This document shows, piece by piece, positions 1 through 14,368 of a stretch of 64,000 nt of DNA (position 1 is the first letter of the stretch; each line of letters opens with the position of its first letter). The notes beneath the pieces are model-generated. The model was not told the DNA's origin. It searched no databases and saw only the letters and a program-made list of their open reading frames with translations. The position numbers were made by a program, and so were the translations under genes. The DNA is taken from the NCBI RefSeq assembly GCF_006345805.1, contig NC_042998.1, positions 36,270,001 through 36,334,000 on the forward strand, written 5' to 3'. Source of the stretch: Octopus sinensis. Taxonomy: Eukaryota.

Positions 1-447
1 TGAGCGTGTGCCTATGAATATCCGGTCTTTCGCAGAATCCTTTAGAATTTCTGCTTAATTCAGATATATCGCTGACAATATCGTCCACCCTCCATAAACT
101 AAGGTTGATCGAATTCTACTGATCTTGCGTGAAAATCTTTAAATTAGCTATCGATTCAATCTTTTCTTCGTGATAATAATTAAGACAGTTTGCTTATGGA
201 AAGGTACATCGATTTACAAGGATATAAAGTCATCGTTTTCGGAAGCTCCTTTCTCTGAACATGCTTGTTGATAAAATGAAACTATATTGCCATAGGTTGC
301 ATGCGTTGAGTTTGTTTCGTCTGAAGAAAAGGACGCTGATGTAATTAACGGTGAGTATAATAGATTCTGGAGAGCCACCGACCAATGTGGTGCAGTTGGC
401 ACAGTAGTTAACGTGAAGAACTACAAGACAAATTGTGATAGTTTATA

Positions 448-864
448 AGGCGCAGGAGTGGCTGTGTGGTAAGTAGCTTGCTAACCAACCACATGGTTCC
501 GGGTTCAGTCCCTCTGCGTGGCATCTTGGGTAAGTGTCTTCTGCTATACCCCGGGCCGACCAATGCCTTGTGAGTGGATTTGGTAGACGGAAACAGAAAG
601 AAGCCTGTCGTATATATGTATATATATATATATGTGAGTGTATGATGTGTTTGTATGTCTGTGTTTGTCCCCCTAGCATTGCTTGACAACAGATGCTGGT
701 GTGTTTACGTTCCCGACACTTAGCGGTTCGGCAAAAGAGACCGATAGAATGAGTACTGGGCTTACAGAGAATAAGTCCCGGGTTCGAGTTGCTCGATTAA
801 AGGCGGTGCCCCAGCATGGCCACAGTCAAATGACTGAAACAAGTAAAAGAGTAAAAAGAGAGTA
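448..864 (+). mobile_element. tRNA-derived SINE family A, full length (tRNA-like head, CORE-like segment, internal TA/TG microsatellite, AAAAGAGT-type tail)
   Basis: Box A-like TGGCTGTGTGG and box B-like GGTTCAGTCCC. Near-identical copies at 7716, 59353 and 62558 (-). Tail is agtaaaagag repeats. Confidence 0.9.
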
Positions 865-1263
865 ACCATACAGGATGACTGGGATTTGGCCAATTAATTC
901 TTAAATGGCCTACACTCAAATATAGAAATATAAAGAAAGTTGGATAAATCACGTCGCCTGGACGCAGTAGTAGTGATGTATAACAACCAGCAGTTCTATT
1001 CCTATAAAAATCTAGTTTGAGAAAAGAAAATACTGCAGCAAAGGGATTGTCATGGAATATGCTTAATAAAGATGAAGTCTTACCGTATTTATAAGTGAAT
1101 GGGGAAAACTCTATTTGGTTCAAACAACAGTTGTGTTAGATGTGCGTCCAAACAGTATCAATAATGATTCGCAAATAAATAACTTGTGAAAGTAGAGCCC
1201 ATCCCAAGAACGGGAAGCTAGGAATCACATATGTTTTACTGCGCATGCAGTAAAAGAGAAAAA

Positions 1264-1306
<43 letters not shown>

Positions 1307-4300
1307 AGAGAAAGAGAGAAAAAAGAAGAGGGCTACGGGTTTCTTAAAATTTTACTAAACAGTTTCTTAAAAGACGAGGTTGTATAATAAATGTTGTGTA
1401 TTGAGAATACGCACAGTGTGTGTTATAATATTCGGAGAGTCTTTGTGTAGGAAATTCTCCTCTTTAACAGGAGACTGTTACATAATGGATTACATAATAT
1501 AAATCAATAGAAAAAAGATGACGGTTTAGCTTTAGTCAAACTTTACACAAAAAAGTTACGGAGACCCAGATTATGTTAGTGAAAGCTTTATTCAGTTAAA
1601 TACATGAGTGTGACAGCCGCTTGTCAACTCCTGCTTAGTAGCAAAAAGCCCACCTAACCGGAAGTACACTTTGCTGCAGACCAGCTCGCCCTCTAGCCCG
1701 CAGCGAAATTCCTGTCTACAGTTCGTCAGTCATAAACCCTTGTGCAGTGCCCTACAACAGTACATTTGACCAAACGCTTTATTAGATTTCGTTTCATCCC
1801 CCTTCCCCAGCTTAAATCCATGGGCTTTCATTTCACATTTAAGTTATTATATATGGTACTGATGAAAAAACTGGGGTCAGTTCAACCCTTCACATTACTA
1901 GATCGCAGTCAACATTGGAATTCAATTCACTGAGTATTTCTTTCCCATATTACATTCCATTTTCTGTGAAGCTCTACTTTTGCTCATTTGCAATACTTTT
2001 CTCTTTTGTTACATTTACAAAACTCCGTTCGGTCAGGATTTCCTTATATTTTAAAAATGTTATTCTGAGAGTTTAATGACAAATTTATTGTTCTCGCCAT
2101 TTATATTAAACCCTCACCCTGTAGCTTTGTTTTCCCTATCTAAAGTTTTGATTTAGGAATCTCTACTCATACTCTCAATGCTAAAATAATTGTTTGGACA
2201 TGGATACTTATGCAATTTGGCGAATTTGAAACAAAACAAAACAAAACAAAACAAAGCACTACTTCACTGGAAAATACGTTACTGTGAGACCCAAACAGAT
2301 GAGTCGATCGTGTTGAACGGGCAATAAATTTATAGACTCTGGAGCTGTACAATATCTGTCTCTTTGGTAAATGCATTTGAACTCGAAAGCTTGTTCGCAA
2401 AGCTGTAAGTAGAGGTTTTTAGTCTCTACAACGAGCTTCTCTTTTGTTTGGTGTTCGAAGTTCAAGTTCTTACGCGGCGGAATTGACAACTTTACGCAAG
2501 GCAAATTTCTAAGAAGATGAAATCACCAGCTTTGCCTTTACGAGCAATAACTGATTGAATCCTCTGTCACTTCATTAATAATGCAGTGGAGTGAAAATTT
2601 ACTGATACGCTGATTTAGTCATGTAAAGTTACCGACATCTTGATTGAGTTGTTAAACGTAATGTTACTTTGAGTCAGTAGTGTAAAGACAATGTTAATTT
2701 TAATCAGTTGTGGGAATATGCATTGATAATTCAGTTACGTTTATATAAATATTTATGTCATTGCTACCATATGTTTTCTGTCTCTTGAAAGTTGATATCG
2801 AATGCTTGCAAATTTACATAATTATTTAATGAATTTAAAACGACAATAAAATAAAAATATAACAGCGCTAAAAAACAACAATGACAACAAGATCACAACC
2901 ATCAATAACAATAAAAACAATAGCAACCGTCCATATTAAAATGAAACAGCAAATTAGCTGCAAAACAAACAACAATTGCCACTGTGAAAATAAATAAACA
3001 AATCAGCGCAATAAAAAAAGAAATGCAATGAGTTTGCACAGCAATAAAATGGCGGCGATGAGAACGAAGAAAAATAAATGAGATATACGATTGGAAATAT
3101 CAATAACTGAGATGCCACAACGACAGCAGCAACAATAATATAGGGATCAATGGCAACAACAACAGTGGTATAAGGATCAATGGCAACAACACCAACAACA
3201 CCCTAACAACAATAATAATATAGGAATCAATGATAAAACCAATGACACAAACAAGGATAAAAAGCAAACAAGCGAAGCGATGAAACAATGTAGCAAAAAT
3301 ACCTGAAATAATAATTTACAAAACAAGAGATGAACAACAAAGGTCTAATATACAAATAAAAATAGACTGAAACAATGAAATAGCTACAACATCAACATTT
3401 ACAAAAACAAGAGCAAAATTCGTAAAAGTAACCAAAAGGTTGAAAAATATATAAAAAATATAAGACAAGATAAAAACAAAAAAAAGAACAAACAAAAACA
3501 AAACAAATAAGATTTTTCGAAAAGAATACAAAAAGAAAATAATGATGATTTTTCGAACCAAATGGAAAATTTTAGTTGTCATTCTTTGAGGGTCTATTGA
3601 TAAAGTACCACTCTTCTATCTTTGTAGAAGAAATAATCTGTGTTATGATCTGGAGTAGGATTGACTCCAGCAGGTCTCAAAATGTCCACGACACGCCGTA
3701 TGTCAGGATAGCGCTTCTGCGATTCCATTAAAAGTTGAAGACCCTTGCTATAGTATGACTCTAGTCCATGCTTTTGTTTTCGTTAAAAACCAACTCTGGT
3801 TCGATTAAAGGTCTGAATAGAGAAAGAGAAAACCGAACGTAGTCAGAGAATAGGAAAAGTCCTTTGCAATACGATCGCAGATGATGTTTCCCTTCTTAGA
3901 TACAATGCAAAAACTTTGTAGGAGAGGCATATAGTCCTCTTAATCACCCCTAACATATGCTTAGGGTTACTTAATTGACTGTAAAAAGAAGAAACAAATA
4001 GTATTCATTTCTGACACAGGGACAAGGTCACAAACATGTAACATGAAGCGCAGTCGATTTCATCGATTTATTGTCTTTATAATCATCATTAAGTCTTAAT
4101 CAAATCAATCTATAATCAAACGTATGCCCATCCATGATTACCTTAATTATTTTATACGTAGCGTTTCCTGGACTCCATTTTCCAATGTTACATTTTCTGA
4201 CGTCTGTGACTTGAAGGAGATTTCACTGCTATTACTAGCATTTCGTGCGATTACATTGACGCTCGTTCATTTGGATCAAATCGATTTGTAATATATTTTT

Positions 4301-4883
4301 CATCAAACGCACAGGGACAAAAATAAAATACAAAACAGGACATAACTAAATCCTGTCAGGCATTTTTCTTGAATTCTACCAATTGTCACATCTACGTGTC
4401 TTCATAAAAGCTGATATGTTAGACTGTGCAATATGCATGCCTTGGAATAGTCCATAAAATTGGACCTGAATATATTGTTGGTACTAATTTCATTGAACTT
4501 ACATTCATACAATGATGGACAAGAAACTCCAGCGAAATTTTATTTTCACAATATACAACGATATAATCAAATAGCACAATTATTACATAAGACGCCCCCC
4601 TCCGATTCTTTTAATCCCATATTCTGCTATCCTTTCAGGAACCCCCCCCCCATGCTAAGTAACTGAATAGAAGGCTGTTAATCGATTAAATTAACTCCAG
4701 TACTTGGCTAGTATTTTATTTTATGAATCTTGAAAGGATGAAACGCAAAAGTGACCAGGTCGTGATTGGAACCAAGAATGCTACGAATCGGAAGAAACGT
4801 TTTTACCGACGCTCTAGTGATTCAGCCAACCAACTACCGCTACCACAACCACCACCAATAATAATAATAATAGTAATAATAAT

Positions 4884-5107
4884 AAGGATAAAAAATATTC
4901 GGACAAACACATAACAAAAACACCAGGACTTACAAACACATATAACATACAAAAAATTGCACTTCTAGGCACTGCAGACATCCTACGCAGAACACTGTCC
5001 ATACAATAACCATCAGAGCATCACAACAAATCACAGCACATACCCAAGGCACACAGTGCTGCGCTCGGTAGTGAAGTGAAAGCACGCTATAAAAATAAAA
5101 CTACTGA
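4884..5107 (+). mobile_element. 3' end of an R4/Dong-like (RLE) non-LTR retrotransposon, family 1
   Basis: Translates TKTPGLTNTYNIQKIALLGTADILRRTLSIQ*, the QKxxLLGTAxILR C-terminus typical of R4-clade RLE proteins. Flanked by (TAA)n. Confidence 0.75.
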
Positions 5108-5495
<388 letters not shown>

Positions 5496-5527
5496 ATAAT
5501 AGCAACAACAACAACAACAACAACAAT

Positions 5528-5743
5528 CCTTTCTACTGAAGGCATAAGGCCTGAAATTTAAGGGGAGGGGTTAAGTCGATTACATCGACCGCAGTGTTTC
5601 ACTGGTACTTAATTTATCGAACTATAGAAAGGATGAAAGGCAAAGTCGACCTCGGCGGAATTTGAACTCAGAACATGAAGACGGACAAAATACTGGTAAG
5701 CATTTTGTCCGGTATGCTAACGTTTCTGCCAGTTCAGCGCCTT
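5528..5743 (-). mobile_element. SINE family B, diverged monomer
   Basis: Shares aaaggatgaaaggcaaagtcgacctcggcggaatttgaactcagaac with the other family B copies. Confidence 0.8.
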
Positions 5744-6129
5744 ACATAATGATAATAATGGTAATGATGATGATGAAGATGATGATGATGATGATGATGG
5801 TGGTGGTGATGGTGGTGGTGATCACACTACCAAGGGCACAAACTTAGTATCACAAATTAATGAAACTAAAAACAAAAAAAAAAGAAAACAAACGCAAAAG
5901 ACTAACAGTAGCAGCTAACAACAACAACATAACAACAACAGTAAGGAAAACAACTAAAACAACAATAATACTAATAACAATATGAAAAATAATCAATAGC
6001 AAATATAAAAGAAACAAAAACACCAAAAATTTCTACACGGGAAGAACAACACTGACAAAAACAAAGTTAAGAAAACAAACTAATTAAATGTTTATAATTA
6101 CTCAGAGAATTGGCAGCATTAGAAGTGAT

Positions 6130-6130
6130 A

Positions 6131-6185
<55 letters not shown>

Positions 6186-6265
6186 TCACCACCACCACCA
6201 CCACCACCACCACCACCACCTCAACCACCATCACCACCACCACCACCACCACCACCACCACCACC

Positions 6266-6331
<66 letters not shown>
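6130..6331. repeat. Compound (ACT)n/(ACC)n microsatellite
   Basis: Directly visible. Confidence 0.97.
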
Positions 6332-6630
6332 GTTGTATCTGTTGCTGTTGCCGCTGCTAAGTGTTTTGCATTTTTATCTGATGTTTAAGGAAGTTCGTTT
6401 TTTTTTCGTTTTTGATACTCCACAGCCGAGTAAGACTTCCAAAGATTCGCTCGTTTCGCGTCGAGAATCGAAGTTCTTTCTTTTGGCTAATTTCGACTCT
6501 TTGAATCTATTCTATAAATGCCATATCGACCATCTGATGTTGTTTACGCATCCCCCATCACTCAGTCTTTACCATTTCTCAGACATTCCAGACGTTTGTA
6601 TGCTTTCTTCGTTGTATTATTCTGTGGTTC

Positions 6631-6730
6631 GTGGAGGCGCAATGGACTAGTGTTTAGGGCAGCCGACTCACGGTCATAAGATCGCGGTTTCGATTTCCAG
6701 ACTGGTCGTTGTGAACGAAAACACCTTAAG
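6631..6730 (+). mobile_element. SINE family C, tRNA-like head only
   Basis: ggaggcgcaatggactagtg...ggtttcgatttcc matches the reverse complement of 60690-60779. Confidence 0.75.
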
Positions 6731-6739
6731 TTTTCATCG

Positions 6740-7110
6740 TTCTCGACACAATCAAGATCTTGTCAAACTGAAACGCAAGAGTCTCTTTGGCAGACACACC
6801 CAAATCTTCAGTGATAATGGACTGAACTGAACCGTAACTAATCTGCACATTCTCTGATAACTCACGGATGGTGATTCGACGATTTCCCTTCACAACTGCA
6901 ACCACAACTGCGATGTCTTTCTCAGTTCTGCTGGTTGAGGGTCTCCCAGAACGTTCGTGGATATAGACATATTTACGGCCATCTTGGAAATGTCTGAACC
7001 ATTCTTACACTTGTGTGCGGCTCATACACTCCTCTCCATACACTTTCTGCAACTTTGCATAGGCCTCTGAGCAGTTTTCACCATGACAGAGTGATAAACT
7101 AAGAAGTGAC
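6740..7110 (-). pseudogene. Mariner transposase 5' fragment (degenerate)
   Basis: Similar to 55560-55900 (ggactgaactgaaccgtaactaat...gggtctcccagaacg). Reverse strand encodes an SGRP-type motif. Confidence 0.6.
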
Positions 7111-7241
7111 TAGAAGGTTAGGCATAGGAAGTTTGCAGCACAAGGTGAAGAAGTGGCGGATACCATTTACTGGTTATGTCGCTTGATTGGTGTAGGAACG
7201 ACATACTACAATCGTGCTGGAGTGGAAATATATATATATAT

Positions 7242-7617
7242 AGTATTAAAAAGTTTAATATATTATATTAAACTTTTTAATACTTTTTGATAGTTATATA
7301 TATTTTAAAAAAATATTAAAGTTTAAAAGTTTATTAATTTAAATTTGAAAAAATATTTTAGAAATAAGAAAATAAAAAAATATAAACATTTATAAATATA
7401 AATTACAAATTTTAAATTTAAATAATTTAAATTTCAAATTTTATATTTTATATATTTTATATATTATATTAATTATTTTTATTTTTATGTTTTGGTTTAT
7501 GTTTTTCACTGTTTGATTTGCCTAATAGTGGTTTTATCTCTAATTTAATTTATATTTATACTGTAAAATTAGATTTAATCCTAAATCTAATTTTTCCCTG
7601 TAAGTTTGGATTCACTC
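7242..7617 (+). mobile_element. Penelope-like pLTR-end fragment
   Basis: 7522-7615 (aatagtggttttatctctaat...gatttaatcctaaatctaatttttccctgtaagtttggatt) matches 22469-22560. Bounded by (TA)n and (TTA)n. Confidence 0.65.
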
Positions 7618-7627
7618 ACTATTATTA

Positions 7628-7715
<88 letters not shown>

Positions 7716-7716
<1 letters not shown>

Positions 7717-8114
7717 GGAGTGGCTGTGTGGTAAGTAGCTTGCTAACCAACCACATGGTTCCGGGTTCAGTCCCACTGCGTGGCATCTTGGGCAAGTGTC
7801 TTCTGCTATAGCCCCGGGCCGACCAATGCCTTGTGAGTGGATTTGGTAGACGGAAACTGAAAGAAGCCTGTCGTATATATGTATATATATATATGTGTGT
7901 ATGTGTGTGTGTTTGTGTGTGTGTGTTTGTCCCCCTAGCATTGCTTGACAACCGATGCTGGTGTGTTTACGTCCCCGTCACTTAGCGGTTCGGCAAAAAG
8001 AGACCGATAGAATAAGTACTGGGCTTACAAAGAATAAGTCCTGGGGTCGATTTGCTCGACTAAAGGCGGTGCTCCAGCATGGCCGCAGTCAAATGACTGA
8101 AACAAGTAAAAGAG
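7716..8114 (+). mobile_element. SINE family A, full length
   Basis: Near-identical to 448-864. Confidence 0.9.
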
Positions 8115-8455
8115 TATATATGTTCCGTAGCGGGCTTTGAAACAATATACTTTACCGGCAAATTTCTACTCAATATTCAATTTACCATTCCACGCCTATA
8201 TTCTCGTTGCATACATCCGTATTATCCGAGCAGACACACGCTTCGTTGCTATAAAGATGAGATGTGTATTATCGGAATAATTACGGAGACAGATGTTAAT
8301 AAGTTGAATGCAGTTAATACATACGCAAGGAGTGCTTACGTAAGATAAATGGATGTACCGACTAAAGACGCAATCGTACACACTGCATTCAAAGTATCAA
8401 CATTTGGTTTTGTCATTATCTCGATATATACATATATATACATACACCTACATGC

Positions 8456-8497
<42 letters not shown>

Positions 8498-8566
8498 TCA
8501 TATACGTTATATATATATATTTGTATTTATGGGAACACACATTTGTTTATATGTGTTTGCATATAT

Positions 8567-8621
<55 letters not shown>

Positions 8622-9107
8622 ATATAATATATATATATAATATATATATATATAATATATATAATATATATATATATATACATATACATGCATTTATACA
8701 TACATAGATACGTACACGCTCACACATATACAAGCCCGTTATATATAATTATATATTTATATATTCGTGCGATCAAGTCTTAAACAACTCTAATATTTTC
8801 CAGTTGTTCATGTGGAAATTATAACTGGTGACTAATATTCATGTTACGAATATATAATCAGTCTGTTTTCATTCACAGACAACCAATGATCTTTCCATTC
8901 CTCATCCTTCCTCCCCCCTCTCTCTCTTCCTCTATCACTTTTACCTGTGTCACATTTTCTCTTTCTTTCTTTCTTTCTTTCTTTCTTTACTTCTTTCTTC
9001 CTTTCTTTCTTTCTTTCTTTCTTTCTGCTTTTTACTGTGTTAATGTTTTCTGGTATTGTGTAATATAGCAACGAATGTTAAACCAGTAGAAGTATTAGTA
9101 ATAGTGA

Positions 9108-9139
<32 letters not shown>

Positions 9140-10544
9140 GTAGTAGTAGTAGTAGTAGTAGTAAGCAGTTGTGGTAGTAGAAAGAACCGATGTATAACGT
9201 TGAAGGTCAAGATCTGATTTATAGAGAAAGCATGAGAGGAGAATACACAATAAGAATTTAAATTGATCATCAAGAAACCGACCGACTCTAAGACTGTAAT
9301 CTCAGGAGATAAGAGAACATGTAGACGGATGTAAAGCAGGAGAAAATCTGAGCGAGAGATTAAAATGTTTGTAAAAAGAAACGAGAAGAAAAGCCATATT
9401 TCCAAACGTTGCCGTAAAATAGTAGTTTGTATGTGTTTTTTTTTTGCAATAAGAAAGACTTAAGATTAATAAATTGATAACAACAAATACTTTAATAAAT
9501 AGATAGATGATTAAATCGAAAATATATTCTTAAATAAATGTTAGCTTAAAGCAATAACGGGACTTGGATTATTTGAGCCCATTTTCACAGGCAATTGAAT
9601 ATTCCCCGAGATGTTATGATAGAAACTCAAGCTTTATCAACACCAGGCGATGGTTTTTAGATAAAAAAAACATTTCTCCTGAGGGCATCGGAGTCGGTTT
9701 CTGTTTCTCTACGATGAAGAAAATACATCGTGCAATTGATGAATGTGTTGCTCGTGTGCAGAGTTAAAAATTCAAAACCTCTGTGTTGATTTGTTAAAAA
9801 AAGGAAAAAAAAAATTTAAAAAACCCCCAAAAGACATAAAAAACAACAAAATCTTGCTTCAACGGAATGTATAACAGGCAACTTTCCAAATACAAAATTC
9901 TCCATCTTCTATTTCAATACAAGTGCTTCTCAACCTGATAGAAATATTTTTTCCTCTCATATCTCACATGTTTCATTGTCTTTAAAAGAGGGACATACAG
10001 AACAATGTAATCCTGGATACATTATACCTGAACTGGAATGTCTTTTGATTATAGTTCTGCACGGTTAGAGTTTACATGAACCAAGCAACACCACCACCAC
10101 CAGCAACAGTAGCAGCCGTCCAAGAATTTGGATCTGGAGATCTCCATTTCCAGCGACTTCGAGGGCCACCTCCCAGTCGTGTCGGGCGTCAACGAAGAAC
10201 CCTCGACTACAACAAGACGACTAAAGTTTTTTTTCCAAGGTCTAGAGTCTCCCGCCCCTAAACCCTAGACCATCACCTAATCCCCCTTACCCGTCTTGTT
10301 GCTTAACAACAACAACAGCAACAGTAGCAATAGCTACCACATCTATTCGTTGCATCAGTTTCTAGTCGGTGGGCTGTCATTCAGCATGAAACCTGTTTTG
10401 TTGAAGGCAGCCCAGCACATTTCAGTAATAGTGTCAGTCATGTAAACTGTCAAATAACAAGGGCAGTGGTTGCGTTCTGCAAGAGAGGCATTTCAAAGTC
10501 ATTATATTAGAAAGAACGAAAAGAGGAAAAGAAAAGATATTCTG

Positions 10545-10933
10545 AGCGCCTTGTTTCCCTGGGCATGGATTCACTGAAGCTCCGGCGTCTGGCAACGGAC
10601 TTGGTAAACACCCACAAAGTTATCAACCACCTCACCAACAACAACACTGAACACATTTTTGATCTCCATGTGTCTAACACACGTGGACATGCCTATAAAG
10701 TCAGAAAACAACACAGCTCCTATGACTTTCGGAAACATTTTTTTCACGCTCAGAGTTGCTGGAGCATGGAATAAACTGCCTGCGTCAGTTGTTGACTGCC
10801 ATGACACTGCATCCTTTAAGGCCCTCATGCTTTCCGAAATCCGCCGAAACTACACCTGATTATATATACACTTTAGATGAGTTGTAGTGCACCTGAGCAC
10901 TGTACACAATGTTTTATTATTATTATTATTATT
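10545..10933 (+). mobile_element. CR1/L2-like LINE 3' end (5'-truncated)
   Basis: LRRLATDLVNTHKVIN...TRGHAYKVRK...RKHFF / RVAGAWNKLPASVV...SFK across a frameshift, followed by a 3'UTR and (TTA)n tail. Confidence 0.8.
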
Positions 10934-11388
10934 AAACGACTATGAAATTTCAAAGAAAACCTGTAAGGAATTTGGCGAAGTAAAGTGAGAAAAAGAAAGA
11001 AAATGAGAGTTAGAAAACAGGGAAGAATACGCTAGAATTGGTGAAGGAAAATCGCTGATTTAACTTTTGCATTTCGTAAGTTTCGTAAAGAAAGGCATTG
11101 TGTCTTTTATATTTGTAGATTTTGCAAGAGGAAAAGATTATAACACCGCATGCCAATATTTAAAGATTTAAAGAGTGATCTGGGATATCATACGATATCT
11201 GAATATATGTATATTTGTAGTTTGTACCCGAGAAAAGGTAGGTTGCTTTAATTTATCACCTCTGAAAGACTCAAAGGCTATGTTAACTTCAGCGGGATTT
11301 GAACTCAGAATGTAAAGATCCGAAAGACTGCGACGCAATTCGCCAACACACTATCGATCTGCTTGTTGGCTACCTTGTCATCAATAAT

Positions 11389-12221
11389 AATCCTTTCCAC
11401 TATAGGCACAAGGCCTGACATTTTCTGGGGGAGGAGGGAGGCCAAACGATTACATTGACACCAATGCTCACCTGGTACTTATCGACTCCGAAAGGATGAA
11501 AGTCAAAGTCGACCTCGGCGGAATTTGAACTCAGAACGTAACGGCAGACGAAATACCTATTTCTTTACTACCCACAAGGGGCTAAACATAGAGAGGACAA
11601 ACAAGGACAGACAAACAGATTAAGCCAATTATATTGACCCAGTGCGTAACTGGTACTTATTTAATCGACAAGGCGGTGAGCTGGCAGAATCGTTAGCACA
11701 CCGGGCGAAATGCTTAGCGGTATTTCGTCTGCCGCTACGTTCTGAGTTCAAACTCAGCCGAGGTCGACTTTGCCTTTCATCCTTTCGGGGTCGATTAAAT
11801 AAGTACCAGTTACGCGCTGGGGTCGATATAATCGACTTAATCCGCTTGTCTGTCCTTGTTTGTCCTCTCTGTGTTTAGCCCCTTGTGGGTAGTAAAGAAA
11901 TAGGTACTTATTTAATCGACCCCGAAAGATGAAAGGCAAAGTCGACCTCGGCGGAATTTGAACTCAGAACGTAACGGCAGACGAAATACCTATTTCTTTA
12001 CTACCCACAAGGGGCTAAACACAGAGAGGACACACAAGGACAGACAACAGATTAAGTCGATTATATCGACCACAGTGCATAACTGGTACTTACTTAATCG
12101 ACCCCGAAAGGATGAAAGGCAAAGTCGACCTCGGCAGAATTTGAACTCAGAACGCAGTGGCAGACGAAATACAGCTAAGCATTTCGCCCGGCGTGCTAAC
12201 GTTTCTGCCAGTTCGCTACCT
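11389..12221 (-). mobile_element. SINE family B multimer (about 3 internal ~170-bp units), interrupted by an opposite-strand family B copy
   Basis: The gtcgacctcggc(g/a)gaatttgaactcagaac unit recurs at about 11508, 11941 and 12124. Head at 12180-12221. Confidence 0.85.
11670..11902 (+). mobile_element. SINE family B monomer with an 18-bp TSD
   Basis: Flanked by ggtacttatttaatcgac at 11652-11669 and 11903-11920. Confidence 0.88.
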
Positions 12222-12342
12222 TCGAAAGACATATTGCAACCATAATTCTACACCCAAAAGTTCCAGCAGTAAACAATTCAGGAATGTGGAGGGGAACTTC
12301 GGATTTCATGAAGTGGGCTCAGCAGTGTCGTTTTGGGCTTAG

Positions 12343-12378
<36 letters not shown>

Positions 12379-13231
12379 CCACGCGCCTTCACATAGGTTC
12401 AGTTAGATTGCTCAAAACAACAACCAGACAGTAAATAATATTTACTTATCATTTCATAAAACAAAGAATTATAAGGATATTATTCAACGACAACTTTTAG
12501 AGAGCTAAACAAGGTAACTTTGCCAGAAAAACCTGGTAACGATCGCCGAAATGTTCATCAGTTGATGATAAACAGAAGTAGAAGCGCTGCCCTCAATCAC
12601 AACCCGTCCCAATCTTATGGAGCTAGAATTTTAATAAATTATAGTTCTTGTCCATAAGATAGAGTAATATTTAACCGAGGATTCCATTTTGAAATGTCTG
12701 TTATCAGAATTTAGAACAAACGAAAATATCTGACTTGCTGAGGAAAGTTAATTACGTGACAGAAGGACTACACAGTTGGTTTCAACTAAAGAACATCTAA
12801 TGAAAATAGATTTTATTGGTAACAAATTACGCTGGTTTGATTGTATTAGGCAATGTCGATATCCTCAGAACCTACTCGAAGAAATTACTTTTCCTTACAT
12901 TGTTGTAATTTCGAAATATTTTCCAGCAAACTGCTCATGTATTGCAATATCGCTTATCGCTTGATTTCTTTTGCCAGTACTCTTGAGAGAGGCATGAGTG
13001 ATATAAATTCTCACAACGTTTCTTGGAAGAGTTTCAGACTTTCGGTTGATGTATGTAGCGAATGTTACTTGTTGAAATATGCTGCAACAATAAATGTTGA
13101 AAATAACAAAGTCATTGTTAGAAAATGAATAAAAATAAGATCAGAGTATAGAAATATTCCTAGCACTATGAACATCTTTAAATCTGAAACGTAACATTTT
13201 AGTTCCAGGGAAATGTTAGGAGGTGAGTCTA

Positions 13232-14112
13232 CGAGGGGTACCCCAAAGAAACCGGAATTTTGCAATATTATTTTATTCAGTTAGTTTTACATGTTTACAC
13301 TGTTATCGCCTTCAAATTATTCTCCATTTGAAACAATGCATCGGTCCAGAAGCGTTTTCCACTGTTCGAAGCACTCCTGGAGCCCTTGCGAAGTGATGCC
13401 TTTTAGCGTCTCCGTCGGTTTTTTTTCCATTATCCTCTTCCACTTCTTCAAAACGTTTTCCTTTAACAAAAACTCGCAGGCCGCAAAATCAACTTCCAAC
13501 AGTTCTTTCAGTTCATGACACACAATCAATCCTGATTGCTTTTGATCTTCCCTGGACAAGCGAAGCACAAATTTTGCTGCAACTCTTTTCATTCGCAATT
13601 CCTCGCTCATAATTCGTCGGCAGGAACTCCAGGATACACCAGTCATATCAACAGGTTCGTCGATTACTCGGCGACGGCCCTTCAAGATCAGTTCCTGAAT
13701 TTTCGTGATGTGTTCATTCAACTGAGAGGTCGTCGGTCGCCCTGAACGGGATTGGTCTTCAAGCAACAAGTGACCATTCCTAAGCATATAAACCACTCGT
13801 AAACTTGTGTTTTGCTCATGGCAGAATCCTTGTAAGCTGTTTGAAGCATGACAACTGTTTCGGCCGCCGTTTTCCCCAGCAGAAAACAGAATTCTAGGGA
13901 AGCACGCTGTTCCTTCGGTTCAGCCATCGCAAAATTCGACGAACAGGTGAGAAGCACTGGAAAACAAAGACGCACTACGACCCCAGCCGATGGCGTCGGC
14001 CGGCAGACTGATGCCTGACGGTCGCATCAAGTGACGTCTAGTGGCAGAAACCTGAACTACAACGGGTTTGTCCAACAGAGAACGTTTCCGGTTACTTTTG
14101 GGTACCACCTCG
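13232..14112 (-). mobile_element. Mariner element, internally deleted, with both TIRs and TA TSDs
   Basis: TIRs cgaggggtaccccaaagaaaccggaa and ttccggttacttttgggtaccacctcg, both TA-flanked. Remnants EQRASLEFCFLLGKTAAET, SRSGRP, AAKFV(P)R and FEQWK..DRCIVSNGE. The DD34D core is missing. Confidence 0.9.
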
Positions 14113-14229
14113 TATATTTAAATTAAATGTGAAAATTCTGAGGAGCACCACAATACAGAAAGGAAATAATTTATGATTTTTGCTGACATCAACAGAAAAG
14201 CCCTGACCAGAGATATCATAGACTAGATA

Positions 14230-14283
<54 letters not shown>

Positions 14284-14311
14284 GCACGCAGGCACACACA
14301 CAGAGACACAA

Positions 14312-14368
<57 letters not shown>

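Noticed and set aside
214-402. Possible host exon (GC-moderate sequence, GTGAGT donor-like site at ~351)
   Set aside because: No recognisable protein similarity or supporting neighbouring exons. RNA-seq would be needed.
448-520. SINE heads as genuine tRNA genes
   Set aside because: They lack a complete cloverleaf and are fused to repeat bodies and tails in multiple copies.
1234-1255. Palindrome ttttactgcgcatgcagtaaaa as a regulatory site
   Set aside because: Short, single occurrence and no associated gene.
1700-1890. Isolated CTGACGA (minus) and CTGATGA (plus) heptamers
   Set aside because: No correctly placed GAAA or stems. The same applies to hits near 321, 12556, 14138, 34944, 45834 and 50652.
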